The notes under the pieces are model-generated. The model did no database searches and was not told the origin of the DNA. It saw nothing but the letters and a program-made list of their open reading frames with translations. The translations under genes and the position numbers were made by a program. 64,000 bases of DNA from Naegleria gruberi (taxonomy: Eukaryota), in assembly GCA_000004985.1 (NCBI GenBank), contig GG738889.1. One strand, written 5' to 3'. Below, piece after piece: positions 10,701 through 21,191 of this stretch (position 1 is its first letter; every line of letters starts with the position of its first letter).

Positions 10701-11551
10701 TGAGAAATCTGAAAAAACAGACAAGTATTTCCCTTCTAGGCTTAATGATTCATCAATAAACATTTTGAATTTCTCAATAATTTTAGAATAGCTAGACAAA
10801 ATAAATGAAACATCTTCATCATCTAGATTGGTTGCAAGAAAACTAAACTCCTTCAAATTAGGACTTGTGCGAACAATGTCTTGAATATTCTTTTGTGTGA
10901 GAGGGTAATTAATACTTAAGGACTCGAGAGACATTGGAAGCTCAATAATTGTCTCATTCATCTCAGTGTCTGAAATAGTCTCATTACTTTGTAGCTCAAG
11001 TGTCTTGAGATTATTAAACTCTTTAAACAGGTGAAAATATTCGCATTTCACATTGCTAAGCTCCATTACCTTTATAGAATGCAACAATTGACTTCCGTTC
11101 AAGATCCAATTAGCCATGAAACTACCAGTGCATTTCAAAGCATCGTCCAAATACAATTCTTCAATGGTAGTCAATCTACCAATCTCATACAATCCCACAT
11201 CTATCAATTTTAAAATATTTATCAATTTAATTATTAAAGTTAAGTTAAATATTAAAACCACATTAAAAACAACCTACCAGTTAGCAACAAAAAGTTAATT
11301 TCACCAAACGAAAACAAATCAATACATTTTAAATTTTTCAATTTGATCAAATAATTATCCACAACTTTTGTTAATTGATTATTATCGACCGAGACATGAA
11401 TGAAATACTTGGATTTTTTCTCTACTAAATAACACCAAATCCAGTCGGAGAAGATCTTTGAAACCAATCTCATAGGAAATAAGTAATCTTCATCTAGAAA
11501 ACACAACAAGTGATCCCGACACAATTCGAAAGGCAAATCCTGTAGCTTCAT
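7800..11551 (-). CDS. F-box / leucine-rich repeat / MATH-like domain protein, 3 exons
   Basis: Exon 1 (~11290-11551): F-box LPFELCRDHLLCFLDEDYLFPMRLVSKIFSDWIW. Exon 2 (8210-~11250): RNI-type LRRs, then a MATH/TRAF-like segment GYEWMVEFLPVDEDEDYGNCSIFLTL. Exon 3 (7800-8164) follows a 45-nt intron at 8165-8209 (GTAAGTAT...CAATAG) that contains the in-frame TAA; it is 117 codons with an acidic C-tail. The exon 1-2 junction (GTAGGT donor) is approximate. Confidence 0.6.
8165..8209 (-). other. putative 45-nt spliceosomal intron (3n length, contains an in-frame TAA)
   Basis: GTAAGTATTGCAG...ATCAATAG on the minus strand. The downstream 117-codon ORF is in the same frame as the upstream exon. Confidence 0.5.
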
Positions 11552-11891
11552 TTTTTTATGTTTTAATTGTTGATATGATCACCATCACGATGTGATTTCC
11601 TAACCGATGTTCACTGGAATATTTAAGGTGAATGTAACATTTTTTCTCAATTTTTTTGAAATTATTGGAGGGAAAGAAGTAAGGGAAAAGTTTAATTGAA
11701 CCGAATTCATAATGGAAAAATTGCAAATTGTGATGGGAATCGGAAAGGTTGAAAACACAATAATTATTCTGAGAAGGAAAGTTTTATTACTACGATGGGC
11801 TCGTTTCAAATATTTAACAACGAAAATGAAATAACCAAAATAGCTTGGTTTGTGCAATGCACATTATAAAAATTTTCTTGATAATCTTAAT

Positions 11892-13829
11892 TTATTCTTC
11901 ATGCAAAGCAAAAGTATCTCGTTCTAACTCTCTAATGTAATCGAAATCACTAGCCTGTGGTTGCTTTTTGTTTTTCTTTTTAGTATCCTTATTTGATTGT
12001 TGAGATGATGCACTTGGTATTATTGACTCCTTTTTATCTTCTGTTGGTTTAACCTTAACACTTGGAGGATCAAAAGCAAGAATCAATGCAACATCGTCAC
12101 CTTTAAGAACACGTCTCAAAAGTTCGTTTGCAGCTCTGTAAACATCTGGTCTTGCATTCTTCTTTGTCATGTAGCCTCTCTTTCTTGCGTATGCTTCTGA
12201 AAGAGTCCAAGCTGACCATGAAATGTCATTTTCCAAATCGTATTCATCTTGTTTCAATTTTAAGAGTTTTACCAAGTCAACTCTTTCTGCTAAATATCTT
12301 ACAATACTGTATGGATCTCTAACTTGACTGATTGGATAAATACCTGAGAGAATCTGAAGAGCCTTAGAAGCACCAACAGCTGGGAAAACTAAACCAGGAC
12401 AATCACAGAATTGAATCATCTTATTCTTAGTTTCCAAATAAAGTGTTTGGACATGTTTAGTGTGTCCAGGAGTGTATGATGTGGAAACCACTTTCTTACC
12501 AGTGAGAGCATTGATAATACTGGATTTACCAACGTTTGGATGGCCAACAAAACCAATAACACAACCATCACATCTCTTATCAATATCTTGGTTTTCTTCT
12601 TCTTCCTCTTCTTCTTCTGATTCAGATTCTTCTTCTTTAATATTGCCCATTCTTCTTGCTTCTTTTTCCTTTCTAAGTTTTTTCTTCATTTTGAGTTTAG
12701 GTTTTGGAGTTGGTAATTCAATTTTATCACATTCACCAATCAGAGTATCAAAATCTTCACCAACCAGTTTGGAAATCCTCTCTTGTTCCTCTTCATTATC
12801 TCTCTTCAATTTGGCAATCTTGAATTCGTCATAGAGTTGTTTTGTTACTTGCCAAATCTGTTTAGCATAATCCTTTTCAATCTTTAATTCTTCCAATTTA
12901 AGTTCCTTACTCTTGGTCTTCTTTCCAGATCCTGTACCACGAGTAAAGAGACAAACTCTAACATTTGGATACTTTTCATTGAACCACCTTATCCATCGTT
13001 GCTGTTTATCCTTTGAAATCAAATCACACTTATTCAAAACGAGAATGAATGGCTTTTTCAATACATTGGAAACATATTCATACAATGATGGAGGGAAGTG
13101 AAACAGTGGATGTCTAATATCTGCAACTACAAAGAGAATATCTGATAATTCAATAGTTTTCCACAATTGCTTCCAAACATGAACGTTTTCTTCAAAGTAA
13201 TTCAAATCTTCTTCCTTATACTTTCCATTTAAAATCTGCTCTTTCAAGTATTTTTGGAAGTAGACTTCTTCTTGTCTTTCTACTTGTTCCTTTGTCATGC
13301 CAATCGAAATTGGAGGTCTGATTGGCATTGGAATCATTTCAAATCCTTCATTAACCTCAGCTTGCAATGATTTAAATTTACCAAATGTTGCCTTTCCCTT
13401 TAAATATGGATCCAAAGGTCGTAAACTTTCCATTCTTCTTTTCTGTACAGCTTCATCACTATCCTTTGCAAATTTTGTTTTTAGCTTAAATTCCGAAGTA
13501 ACCATGGAAGTATATTCTCTTGGTTTAATGGATTTTGCAGCTGATGAAGAGGATTCATCATCACTACTACTTTCACTATTGTCGGATTCTTCATCAACAA
13601 CAACATGTTCAGTCTCCTCATCTTCAATTCCCATTCTTTCCAAAGGATTAGCCTTTGGAATATTCATCTCAACTTCCTCCACATCATCATCTTCCTTTTC
13701 AAAGTTAACTTCCTTCCATTTTGACCAATCATACATATCATCCTTCTTTTCTGCATTTTCTCTTTTCTTTTTTCTCTTATCTTGAAGCTGTTGCTTCTTC
13801 TGTTGGGAACTGAATGGTTTCTTTGTCAT
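11892..13829 (-). CDS. LSG1: large-subunit GTPase 1 (LSG1), circularly permuted GTPase
   Basis: Permuted motif order: G4 LVLNKCDL comes before G1 GFVGHPNVGKSSIINAL and G3 DCPGLVF. Acidic insert and basic N- and C-termini. ATG at 13829; alternative ATG at 13883. Confidence 0.85.
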   Translation of the reverse strand: MTKKPFSSQQKKQQLQDKRKKKRENAEKKDDMYDWSKWKEVNFEKEDDDVEEVEMNIPKANPLERMGIEDEETEHVVVDEESDNSESSSDDESSSSAAKSIKPREYTSMVTSEFKLKTKFAKDSDEAVQKRRMESLRPLDPYLKGKATFGKFKSLQAEVNEGFEMIPMPIRPPISIGMTKEQVERQEEVYFQKYLKEQILNGKYKEEDLNYFEENVHVWKQLWKTIELSDILFVVADIRHPLFHFPPSLYEYVSNVLKKPFILVLNKCDLISKDKQQRWIRWFNEKYPNVRVCLFTRGTGSGKKTKSKELKLEELKIEKDYAKQIWQVTKQLYDEFKIAKLKRDNEEEQERISKLVGEDFDTLIGECDKIELPTPKPKLKMKKKLRKEKEARRMGNIKEEESESEEEEEEEENQDIDKRCDGCVIGFVGHPNVGKSSIINALTGKKVVSTSYTPGHTKHVQTLYLETKNKMIQFCDCPGLVFPAVGASKALQILSGIYPISQVRDPYSIVRYLAERVDLVKLLKLKQDEYDLENDISWSAWTLSEAYARKRGYMTKKNARPDVYRAANELLRRVLKGDDVALILAFDPPSVKVKPTEDKKESIIPSASSQQSNKDTKKKNKKQPQASDFDYIRELERDTFALHEE

Positions 13830-13948
13830 TTTTTTGATATTTGAATATTTAAAAATAGAACATGATTTTTGGTCCTTTATCATTTTGAGGTTCAATTAGG
13901 GTACTATTAATATTTTGTAAAAGTTGAGAGAAATATTGATCAGCAAAT

Positions 13949-14659
13949 TTATTGAAGTAGATTTGCAAGACCTGCCAATCCAAGAAGAGACAATGCTGAA
14001 ACGGCAAATACAAGAGTTTGAGCACCCAATTTGAGTTTCAATGCAGTTTTGATTCCATAAATTGTGTGATATAAACCCAAGCTTAATAATAAGGCAGAGG
14101 GAATAAACCATGCGAATGGATTCACACCTTGTGGAATGAGTTGATCTGATGTGAGTGGATTCTTTGGTATGACTCTATTCACTGAAATATGAAGTGGTAA
14201 AATGGCAACCAATGCAAATCCTGAAAGACTTTGAAATTTCGAATAGCCATCTTGATTCCTCTGCACATTATTCAAACTTCTCTTAATACTGAGTGCAATA
14301 CTCGATCCCATATGAGTAAATAATGGACCCAACACCAACACTGCTTCAGTAATTGGTGAATATCTAAATATTCCTCTACTCCAATCTAAATATTCATCAT
14401 GTAACTCTGTATTCGCTACAATACTATTAACAGAATGAAGTGTTGTAAAAATTGAAAATATCAACCCAGAACAATGTTGAACTGTTCTCAGGGTTGACAT
14501 GGATGGCAACAAGTCAGATAATTTCCTTTTCAAATTAAAGTTACCATCATTAATTTGACTATTTAAATTAGAATTTGTTGTATTTCCCCGAGAGGATGAT
14601 GGCATGATCTTCGGAATGGAAGAAGCTACCGAGGATGACTTTGGAGGTGGTTGAGACAT
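13949..14659 (-). CDS. multi-pass membrane protein of unknown function
   Basis: ATG at 14659 in A-rich context (MSQPPPKSS...). Ser-rich N-terminus followed by about four hydrophobic helices. Confidence 0.45.
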   Translation of the reverse strand: MSQPPPKSSSVASSIPKIMPSSSRGNTTNSNLNSQINDGNFNLKRKLSDLLPSMSTLRTVQHCSGLIFSIFTTLHSVNSIVANTELHDEYLDWSRGIFRYSPITEAVLVLGPLFTHMGSSIALSIKRSLNNVQRNQDGYSKFQSLSGFALVAILPLHISVNRVIPKNPLTSDQLIPQGVNPFAWFIPSALLLSLGLYHTIYGIKTALKLKLGAQTLVFAVSALSLLGLAGLANLLQ

Positions 14660-14994
14660 TTTTTTTGATTGTTGTGAAACTTTGTTACTGTAAATGCGAA
14701 AAAACTCCTCAACAGAGGACAATTTCAAAGAAACCATTATTATCCTCATTGACCAATGTAAATGTCCTCTATTCAATTGAAACCTAGTACATTCATAATA
14801 TTTCATTGAGTTCACATATAGATAATCTGAATTATTTGAGGTTTAACAAAATAATGAATGTTAACACAACTACTAACCAACACATTTTTTTAAAACAATC
14901 TATTATCTTGGATATGAAACAACTTTTATTGGATTTCTACTTTCACTTGAAAGTAAATTAAAGTAAATTTAACATTATGTTGAATTTAAAATCT

Positions 14995-17217
14995 TTAAAC
15001 AATATCATCTTCTTCATTCATATCATCTTTGAACTTGGAATACTTTTGGAAGAAACCCTTCTTTTGTGAAATGGTATGATCGACATCTAACTCAATTTCT
15101 GTATCGGCAGGAGTTGTATCAAGAACTGGTCTTACAGGTTCTAAATTCTTATTTAAATTATCACTGGATCTATGAGGAATGTGTGGAGATGATGAAATCT
15201 TGACGTTTGAAGTTTGATTCTTAGTCATGTTGGTGAGGATTGGATTCATCCATTCCATATCTTTAGGCAAGAAGAAGGAATCTTCTTGAATAAATACTTG
15301 AGAAATAATTTCAATGAAATCCTTCTTGGTAATCTTGACGAATGACACATCCTTTACAATACGAACATCATAGTCTGGAATAAAGGTTTCTCTTGTAAGG
15401 GCTCTTTCACCAATAAAACTCCAAGGTCCCATTTCAGAAGTGAATTTTTCTTCACCAAAAACAGCCTCAAGTTTACCACTGAAAACAAGAGCAAAGAAAT
15501 CGCATTCCTTATTCTTTTCAATGAGGAGCAATTCTTGATCAGAAGTCTTCTTAATGTCAACAACTGCACATTTACCAAGGAGTCTATGCAAATATTCTTC
15601 AGGTAAAAGTCTGAAGGTAGCCATACTCTTCCACAAGTAGGAAGCTACAGCAACAACTTGCTTTGGAGTAAGTCTGTGGGTTCTTTCCAACTTGAGTAAT
15701 AAACTAGTAGAGTTTTGTGGTCTGTTAATCTTGGATTGATTAGTATTATCAACATAGATATCAGTTTCGTCTACAATTTCATCCTTAATAATTTCTTCAA
15801 TGATATCTTCAAGAGATACAATACCAACAATAGCATAGTATGGATCACCACCAGTTTCAGATTCTCTTGGTTCATGAACAATAGCAATGTGAGTTCTACC
15901 AGATTTGAAGGTCTTTAACATTTCATCACAATAAGTGTCAGGGAAAACTTTGAGAACCTCTCTTCCGTAGAATGTCAAAATTGTAGAAATTGGTAAGCAT
16001 TCATCAGGATTGACTAGAATCAAATCTTTAACGTAGAGCAAACCAACAATGTTATTCTTGTCACCCTTGAAAACAGGAATACGGGAGTGACCAGCTTGCC
16101 AAATACTTGTCATTGTTTCAACATCAAGTTTGTTATCAATATCCAACATGTAAACGTTTTCAAATTTTGTCATAATTTGACTGACAGGAATTCTGGCAAA
16201 TTCCAAAGCACCACCCAAAATTTTAGCTTCGTGTTCAGTCAAGTGGAAATTAGGATCGTGAGCCTTGGAGTGAATATTGACCAATTCCTTCAATTCGGTT
16301 CTCTTGTAGAGAGTACCATGGTCAGCTCCGAGAATCCAATCCAAAAGTTTACTGATTGGATAAGAAATGATGAAAGCAAGACCAATCAAGAACCAAACCA
16401 ACCAAAACAAAGTACCACCAATAGCAATACCATATCTAGAAATGACAGCTTGGGGAATAATTTCACCAAACAACAAAACGGCAGTAATACCTAACAAAAT
16501 GGCAACCCATTCAGGAACAAGCTTGTCCAAGAAAAGTGGAAGACATTCTACACACAAAGCATTCCACAACAACAAGGTAACCAACAATAAGTGGTGACGT
16601 TTCAAGATTGGTGCTAAACGAGCAGCATACTTTCTCTCTTTTTCGGTACCAGTTGATTTAAGAATATCCAATTGCATTGTATCAATGGAGAGCAAACCAA
16701 GTGTAAAACCAGACATTAAACCAGCACCCAAAATAAAGAAAATACTGGCACAAACGTTAATAACAATATCATACCAAGGCATATTCAAAATAGATTCTTC
16801 ATCATCTTTTTCTTCACCAGTATGAGAGGATCCATTAGTGTGATTATAGTAGTGGGCACAAACAGTAGGCCAATCGATTGTGCTATTATCATCAATACTG
16901 CTAGCAAAAACATTACTAAATCTTTTTGTTGTTGGGACGTAGCCTTCTACAAACATTGACGATGAATCAGACCAAGCGGCCACACTTTCATCATGTTGAA
17001 CATAATTTTCAAAAGAAAGAGTTGCCAAAGCAACCAAAATTAAAAGGGAAAGGGTAAAGACGAGCGAAAAACTCTTCTTTTTAATTTGTGGGGCCTTTCT
17101 GTTATCATTTACTGATAACATTCCGGATGTTACAGAAGGACGGTAGATTCCCTCCTTTTCATTATTCCCAAATTCACCCCAGAGGGAAGCATTGTGAGTT
17201 GTGAAGGTTTGTATCAT
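14995..17217 (-). CDS. CNNM/ACDP-type divalent-metal transporter (DUF21 transmembrane + CBS pair + cNMP-binding-like domain)
   Basis: TM helices with the DUF21 signature (LLSIDTMQLDILKSTGT...), tandem CBS region (IMTKFENVYMLDIDNKL..., VGIVSLEDIIEEIIKDEIVDETD), and a C-terminal cyclic-nucleotide-binding-like domain. Confidence 0.8.
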   Translation of the reverse strand: MIQTFTTHNASLWGEFGNNEKEGIYRPSVTSGMLSVNDNRKAPQIKKKSFSLVFTLSLLILVALATLSFENYVQHDESVAAWSDSSSMFVEGYVPTTKRFSNVFASSIDDNSTIDWPTVCAHYYNHTNGSSHTGEEKDDEESILNMPWYDIVINVCASIFFILGAGLMSGFTLGLLSIDTMQLDILKSTGTEKERKYAARLAPILKRHHLLLVTLLLWNALCVECLPLFLDKLVPEWVAILLGITAVLLFGEIIPQAVISRYGIAIGGTLFWLVWFLIGLAFIISYPISKLLDWILGADHGTLYKRTELKELVNIHSKAHDPNFHLTEHEAKILGGALEFARIPVSQIMTKFENVYMLDIDNKLDVETMTSIWQAGHSRIPVFKGDKNNIVGLLYVKDLILVNPDECLPISTILTFYGREVLKVFPDTYCDEMLKTFKSGRTHIAIVHEPRESETGGDPYYAIVGIVSLEDIIEEIIKDEIVDETDIYVDNTNQSKINRPQNSTSLLLKLERTHRLTPKQVVAVASYLWKSMATFRLLPEEYLHRLLGKCAVVDIKKTSDQELLLIEKNKECDFFALVFSGKLEAVFGEEKFTSEMGPWSFIGERALTRETFIPDYDVRIVKDVSFVKITKKDFIEIISQVFIQEDSFFLPKDMEWMNPILTNMTKNQTSNVKISSSPHIPHRSSDNLNKNLEPVRPVLDTTPADTEIELDVDHTISQKKGFFQKYSKFKDDMNEEDDIV

Positions 17218-17608
17218 ACGACAGCAGCACTAAACTTGTGTTCTTTGTGTTGGGACCAACAAAAGTAAGCAGACAAGAAATTTTTTTTTGTTGAAGTTTT
17301 ATTTGCGCGCTTTTATGGACAGACAACGCTAATAAGAAAGATAGAAAACAAGGTGATGATGATGGGTTATTACTCAATCAAATACTAGTATCGGGATTCT
17401 ATCATGATTGTAAAGAAGATCTAATTTGCTTCCTATTGGATTTTACAAATCAAACATTTGTAAATTTTACAATTTTTTATGAACGTTGTATGATTGTTTT
17501 TAGAGTTCTTGAAACCGAAACTAGAACTCCTATCTTTTGCTAGAAGGCATTATTTATTGTAATGCAATTCAATTTGTTCCACTGCAGAAAAAAATATTTG
17601 AAAACCAA

Positions 17609-19093
17609 ATGATAACGTTTGCCCACACAAAGAAGAAGAATTTGTTGAATTTTAATGGTCCTTCCGTTGAGAGGCTCTTGAAAAAGATTGATCAAAAATT
17701 GGCTCACGAAACATCTTCAAATAATTTGAAAAGGCTCAAGAAATTATTGGTACGAAAGAGGACTCTTCAGAAGAATAGACGAAATATATTCGAAAAGTGT
17801 CCTCCAAAATTTGATCAACAAGACGAGCCAATGATTTCACACAATTCCACTTCTTCCTATCAATTTTACGATGACATTTGTTATGAAATATTGTCTTTTA
17901 TTGATGATTGGAAATTAATTTTGTTGACTTGTTCATTAATTTCGAAGCAGTGGTTGAATGTTGTGAGAGAAAGGGTGAAACTTTGTGTGGAATTTAAAAA
18001 TCCAATTGTCAGTAAGAAAACCATAAAATTAATGATGAATAGAGAGTGTTTAGAACAGTTTGAGTCGATGAATGTGAGAGGTATTTCAAGGTTACAGTTT
18101 TACAAGATTTTTGAAAAAACTAAACAATTGACTAAACTTGATATTGGTAAAAGTATAATATGGTTGGAAGGATTTAAAAGTATTACTGAATTGAAACATT
18201 TAAACTCGTTGGATATGAATAACATGGTTTTTATGGAGAAAGAATCTAAATTAGAGCTGTTAGAATCCATTAGTCAATTACACCAGCTGACCTGTCTGAA
18301 TATTAGTTCTAATAATGTTGGTTTTAATACATTCAAACCAATTGGAAACGTGAAACAGTTAACATATTTAGATGTCAGTTGGAATTATATTTCGGATGAG
18401 GGAGCAAAAGTTTTGAGTCAATTAAGTCAATTAACACATCTTAATGTTAATTGCACTATTATTGGAATTGAAGGAGCGAAATATATCAGTAAGTTAACTA
18501 AATTAAGAACACTTATTGCTGCAAGGAATAACTTTTGGATTGAGGGTTGCCAATATTTTAGTGAAATGGAACAATTGACTGCACTAGATGTTTCTCATAA
18601 TAGTATTGGCAATACTGGTATCAAATATCTATCTAAAATGAAACAATTGACTGAATTAAATATTAATGATAATGCTATCAATCAATTTGGAACAGAAGAA
18701 TCCAAATTAATTCGGGAGTTATCTCAATTAACAAAACTCTCTATTAGCTCAAATAATATTGGAATCGAAGGTGTAACAGCCATTTCTACAATGAGTCAAT
18801 TAAGAACACTCAACATATTTTTCAATAGGATTGGATTAGCTGGAGCCAAGTTAATAAGTGGAATGCAAAACCTGACTGTACTTGATATTTGTAATAATGA
18901 CATTGGTACAAACGGTGCTAAGGAAATTAGCAAAATGAAACAATTAACGAAACTAGATATTGCTAGAAATATGATTGGAAATGAAGGCGCAAAAGCACTC
19001 AAAAGCATGAAACAACTCAAATCACTTCGAAATACATTTAATAATATTATATGGAATGACGATGAAGACTTGAGTTTGGGCGAAATATTGTAG
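17609..19093 (+). CDS. F-box-like / RNI-type leucine-rich repeat protein
   Basis: N-terminal F-box-like YDDICYEILSFIDDWKLILLTCSLISKQWLNVV, then about 14 tandem 24-25-aa repeats of the form NxIGxEGAKxISKMKQLTxLDIxxN. ATG at 17609; the ORF-track start at 17537 is TTG. Confidence 0.7.
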   Translation: MITFAHTKKKNLLNFNGPSVERLLKKIDQKLAHETSSNNLKRLKKLLVRKRTLQKNRRNIFEKCPPKFDQQDEPMISHNSTSSYQFYDDICYEILSFIDDWKLILLTCSLISKQWLNVVRERVKLCVEFKNPIVSKKTIKLMMNRECLEQFESMNVRGISRLQFYKIFEKTKQLTKLDIGKSIIWLEGFKSITELKHLNSLDMNNMVFMEKESKLELLESISQLHQLTCLNISSNNVGFNTFKPIGNVKQLTYLDVSWNYISDEGAKVLSQLSQLTHLNVNCTIIGIEGAKYISKLTKLRTLIAARNNFWIEGCQYFSEMEQLTALDVSHNSIGNTGIKYLSKMKQLTELNINDNAINQFGTEESKLIRELSQLTKLSISSNNIGIEGVTAISTMSQLRTLNIFFNRIGLAGAKLISGMQNLTVLDICNNDIGTNGAKEISKMKQLTKLDIARNMIGNEGAKALKSMKQLKSLRNTFNNIIWNDDEDLSLGEIL

Positions 19094-19096
19094 AAT

Positions 19097-20963
19097 TTAC
19101 TCTCTAAGTACGAATAGATCACCATAATTTTCAACCAGATATTTCCATTGCAAATCTGTTAATCCAATTCCTAATTGCAAAGTTTCACTTGTATTTCCAT
19201 GTAAGAATGCATGATGAAGGAAATCCATCTTTTCAAAGTTGACCATTCCTCTTGGTTGGCCCAAAATTCTAAAATTGATATCATTTAAAAAGTCATACTT
19301 CATCCAATTTGTCATTGAGAAGGTAATCCTTGCATCATCAATAATTACCTTATATCTGTCCATGTGTTCTTCATCGTGGTAGGATTTACTCATCTCTTGA
19401 ATAAATCTTTCAGTTGCCTTTTCAGTATTTTGTTCATTAACTTGCTTTCTAACTTGCATCACTAGCTCTGCAAGTGACATCTTTAGGATTTCGCTCTTCT
19501 TTTGAGAGATCCAAACATTCGAAAGAGGATTGCCAATATACATTTTAGTGTCATCTCTGATTGGAGGATAATTAAATCTAAAGTTGCATACCATTCTAAA
19601 GGAGAGAGTAGTTTCCCCTGGTTGACTTGGGTCTGCGTGAGCCATCATTGAAAAGAGAATTGCTGAAATAACATCATTGGTTGATACAATTGAATTGTTT
19701 GGAGTGGAATTTTTGATTTTCTGTTTGAGAATTTCTAATTGTTTTTTGGAAATGTTAATTCTTCTAGCTTTGGCTTTGTATTGACGAAGACAATTAATCA
19801 TGTTAAAGACATATTTGTGGAATTTGTAAAATTCCTGATGAGAATAGGTAATATTTGGACTAAAAAACAATTAATTACATCATGGTATCTATACTTACTC
19901 AATCTTTTCTTTTGGTAATATCAAGTTGACTCTTGACATGGTTGGTAATTGAGTTGGATTTTGTTGACATGTCATCTCAGCCCAAAATTTCATAAAAAAG
20001 TGTCCAACTTCAGCTCCACCAACAGAATGATTCAATGCAAGTGCAATAACAGGTACAATTCTTCCATTTTCCAATTTAAGAAATGAAATTTGTATTCTTG
20101 ACAATTCCTTTTCCGAATATGGTGATTTAATTTCTGGTTTAAATACCAATTCACTCTCCATTTCCAATAAATCGCTTTCATCCTCAACTTTTCCAACTTG
20201 CTTTTCAATAATTGCAACATTTAACATTGGATTTTCCACTACAATCTATTCGCACCTAAAGCAAGGATTAGGAAACGATTCTTTTTGGCTTGCTTTTCTC
20301 GTCGCACATGTTTTTTGTTTCACACTAATTTTTTGTTTTAGCTCATTTCTTGCTTTAGTATCTTTCTGAGGTGTGTAGTTTGTAGTGATGATAAATAACC
20401 AAAAATGGTTTCTGTCTCCCTTTTACCAAATTTCTCTCCTCTTCAGAAAGTAGAGCCAAATCCTTTTCATCCATTGGATTTAAATCTCTATATCTTCCTC
20501 CAACTGTTGGAAAATAGAAAAGAGTCCTTTCCAATCCTTCAATTAACATTTTTTCACACTCAACCAAATCTTCCTCATCAATTTCATTAAAATACACAGA
20601 ATATGGTACATAGGAAGTTCTAAATCTAGCATAGCCATCATTGAGAGTTAGAATTGTACATTTCTTTTGATACATTTCCAATAAATTCTCATCACAATTT
20701 TCCACATTTGGAATTTTTGAATGAACACTAACAATTTTCACTTTCTTTGATGGATATTCACTCGATTGTGAAAGTATCAGATCAGAAATACTAGTTTCAG
20801 GTTTGTAAGTTGCCATCTTCCAAACAGTATTCATCACCAACCAATCTAAAATATTGCTAAATGTCAATTGTCTAAACGTTCCTTGTTTTTTCCATAATGA
20901 CCACATCATGATCACTGCAATTGCTCCTCCGGTGAGGCAAACACCCAACACAACCAACAACAT
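19097..20963 (-). CDS. BAHD / PF02458 (transferase-family)-like acyltransferase with N-terminal TM anchor, at least 3 exons
   Basis: Exon 1 (~20360-20963): TM helix then the BAHD N-terminal motif LIEGLERTLFYFPTVGGRY. Exon 2 (19899-~20236): QISFLKLENGRIVPVIALALNHSVGGA, an HXXXD-type motif with G in place of D. Exon 3 (19097-19859): the C-terminal half. Exons 2-3 are joined by a 39-nt intron at 19860-19898 (GTAAGTAT...TTTTTTAG). The exon 1-2 junction is not resolved. Confidence 0.5.
19860..19898 (-). other. putative 39-nt intron (3n length, contains an in-frame TAA)
   Basis: GTAAGTATAGATACCATGATGTAATTAATTGTTTTTTAG. The flanking ORFs are in the same frame. Confidence 0.55.
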
Positions 20964-21191
20964 GTGTGTTATGAATTTATTTTTTTTGACTTTGGAAATT
21001 GTGATTTTATTGAGCGAACAAATTATGTGAAATGGGAACGGACAAATAGTCGTTTAGAAAATCTTCTTAATAAACGTTGAAAATTATTATTGAGTATAAA
21101 GGTATGTATAGATCTAACGATTATTCCATCCTTAGTTTTTGATTCTTCACATGCCACGTTTCATAATTCATCCATCAAAAAATAGAAAAAA

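Noticed and set aside
11600-11857. ORFs at 11600-11857, 34945-35169, 41343-41858 and 57671-57874 in intergenic spacers.
   Set aside because: They are short, have no domain, are AT-rich with atypical codon usage, and several start at non-ATG codons. Treated as spurious.
17302-17310. tttgcgcgc in the CNNM / LRR divergent promoter as another E2F site.
   Set aside because: It deviates from TTTSSCGC at position 6, occurs only once, and is next to genes with no expected cell-cycle regulation. Too weak to call.
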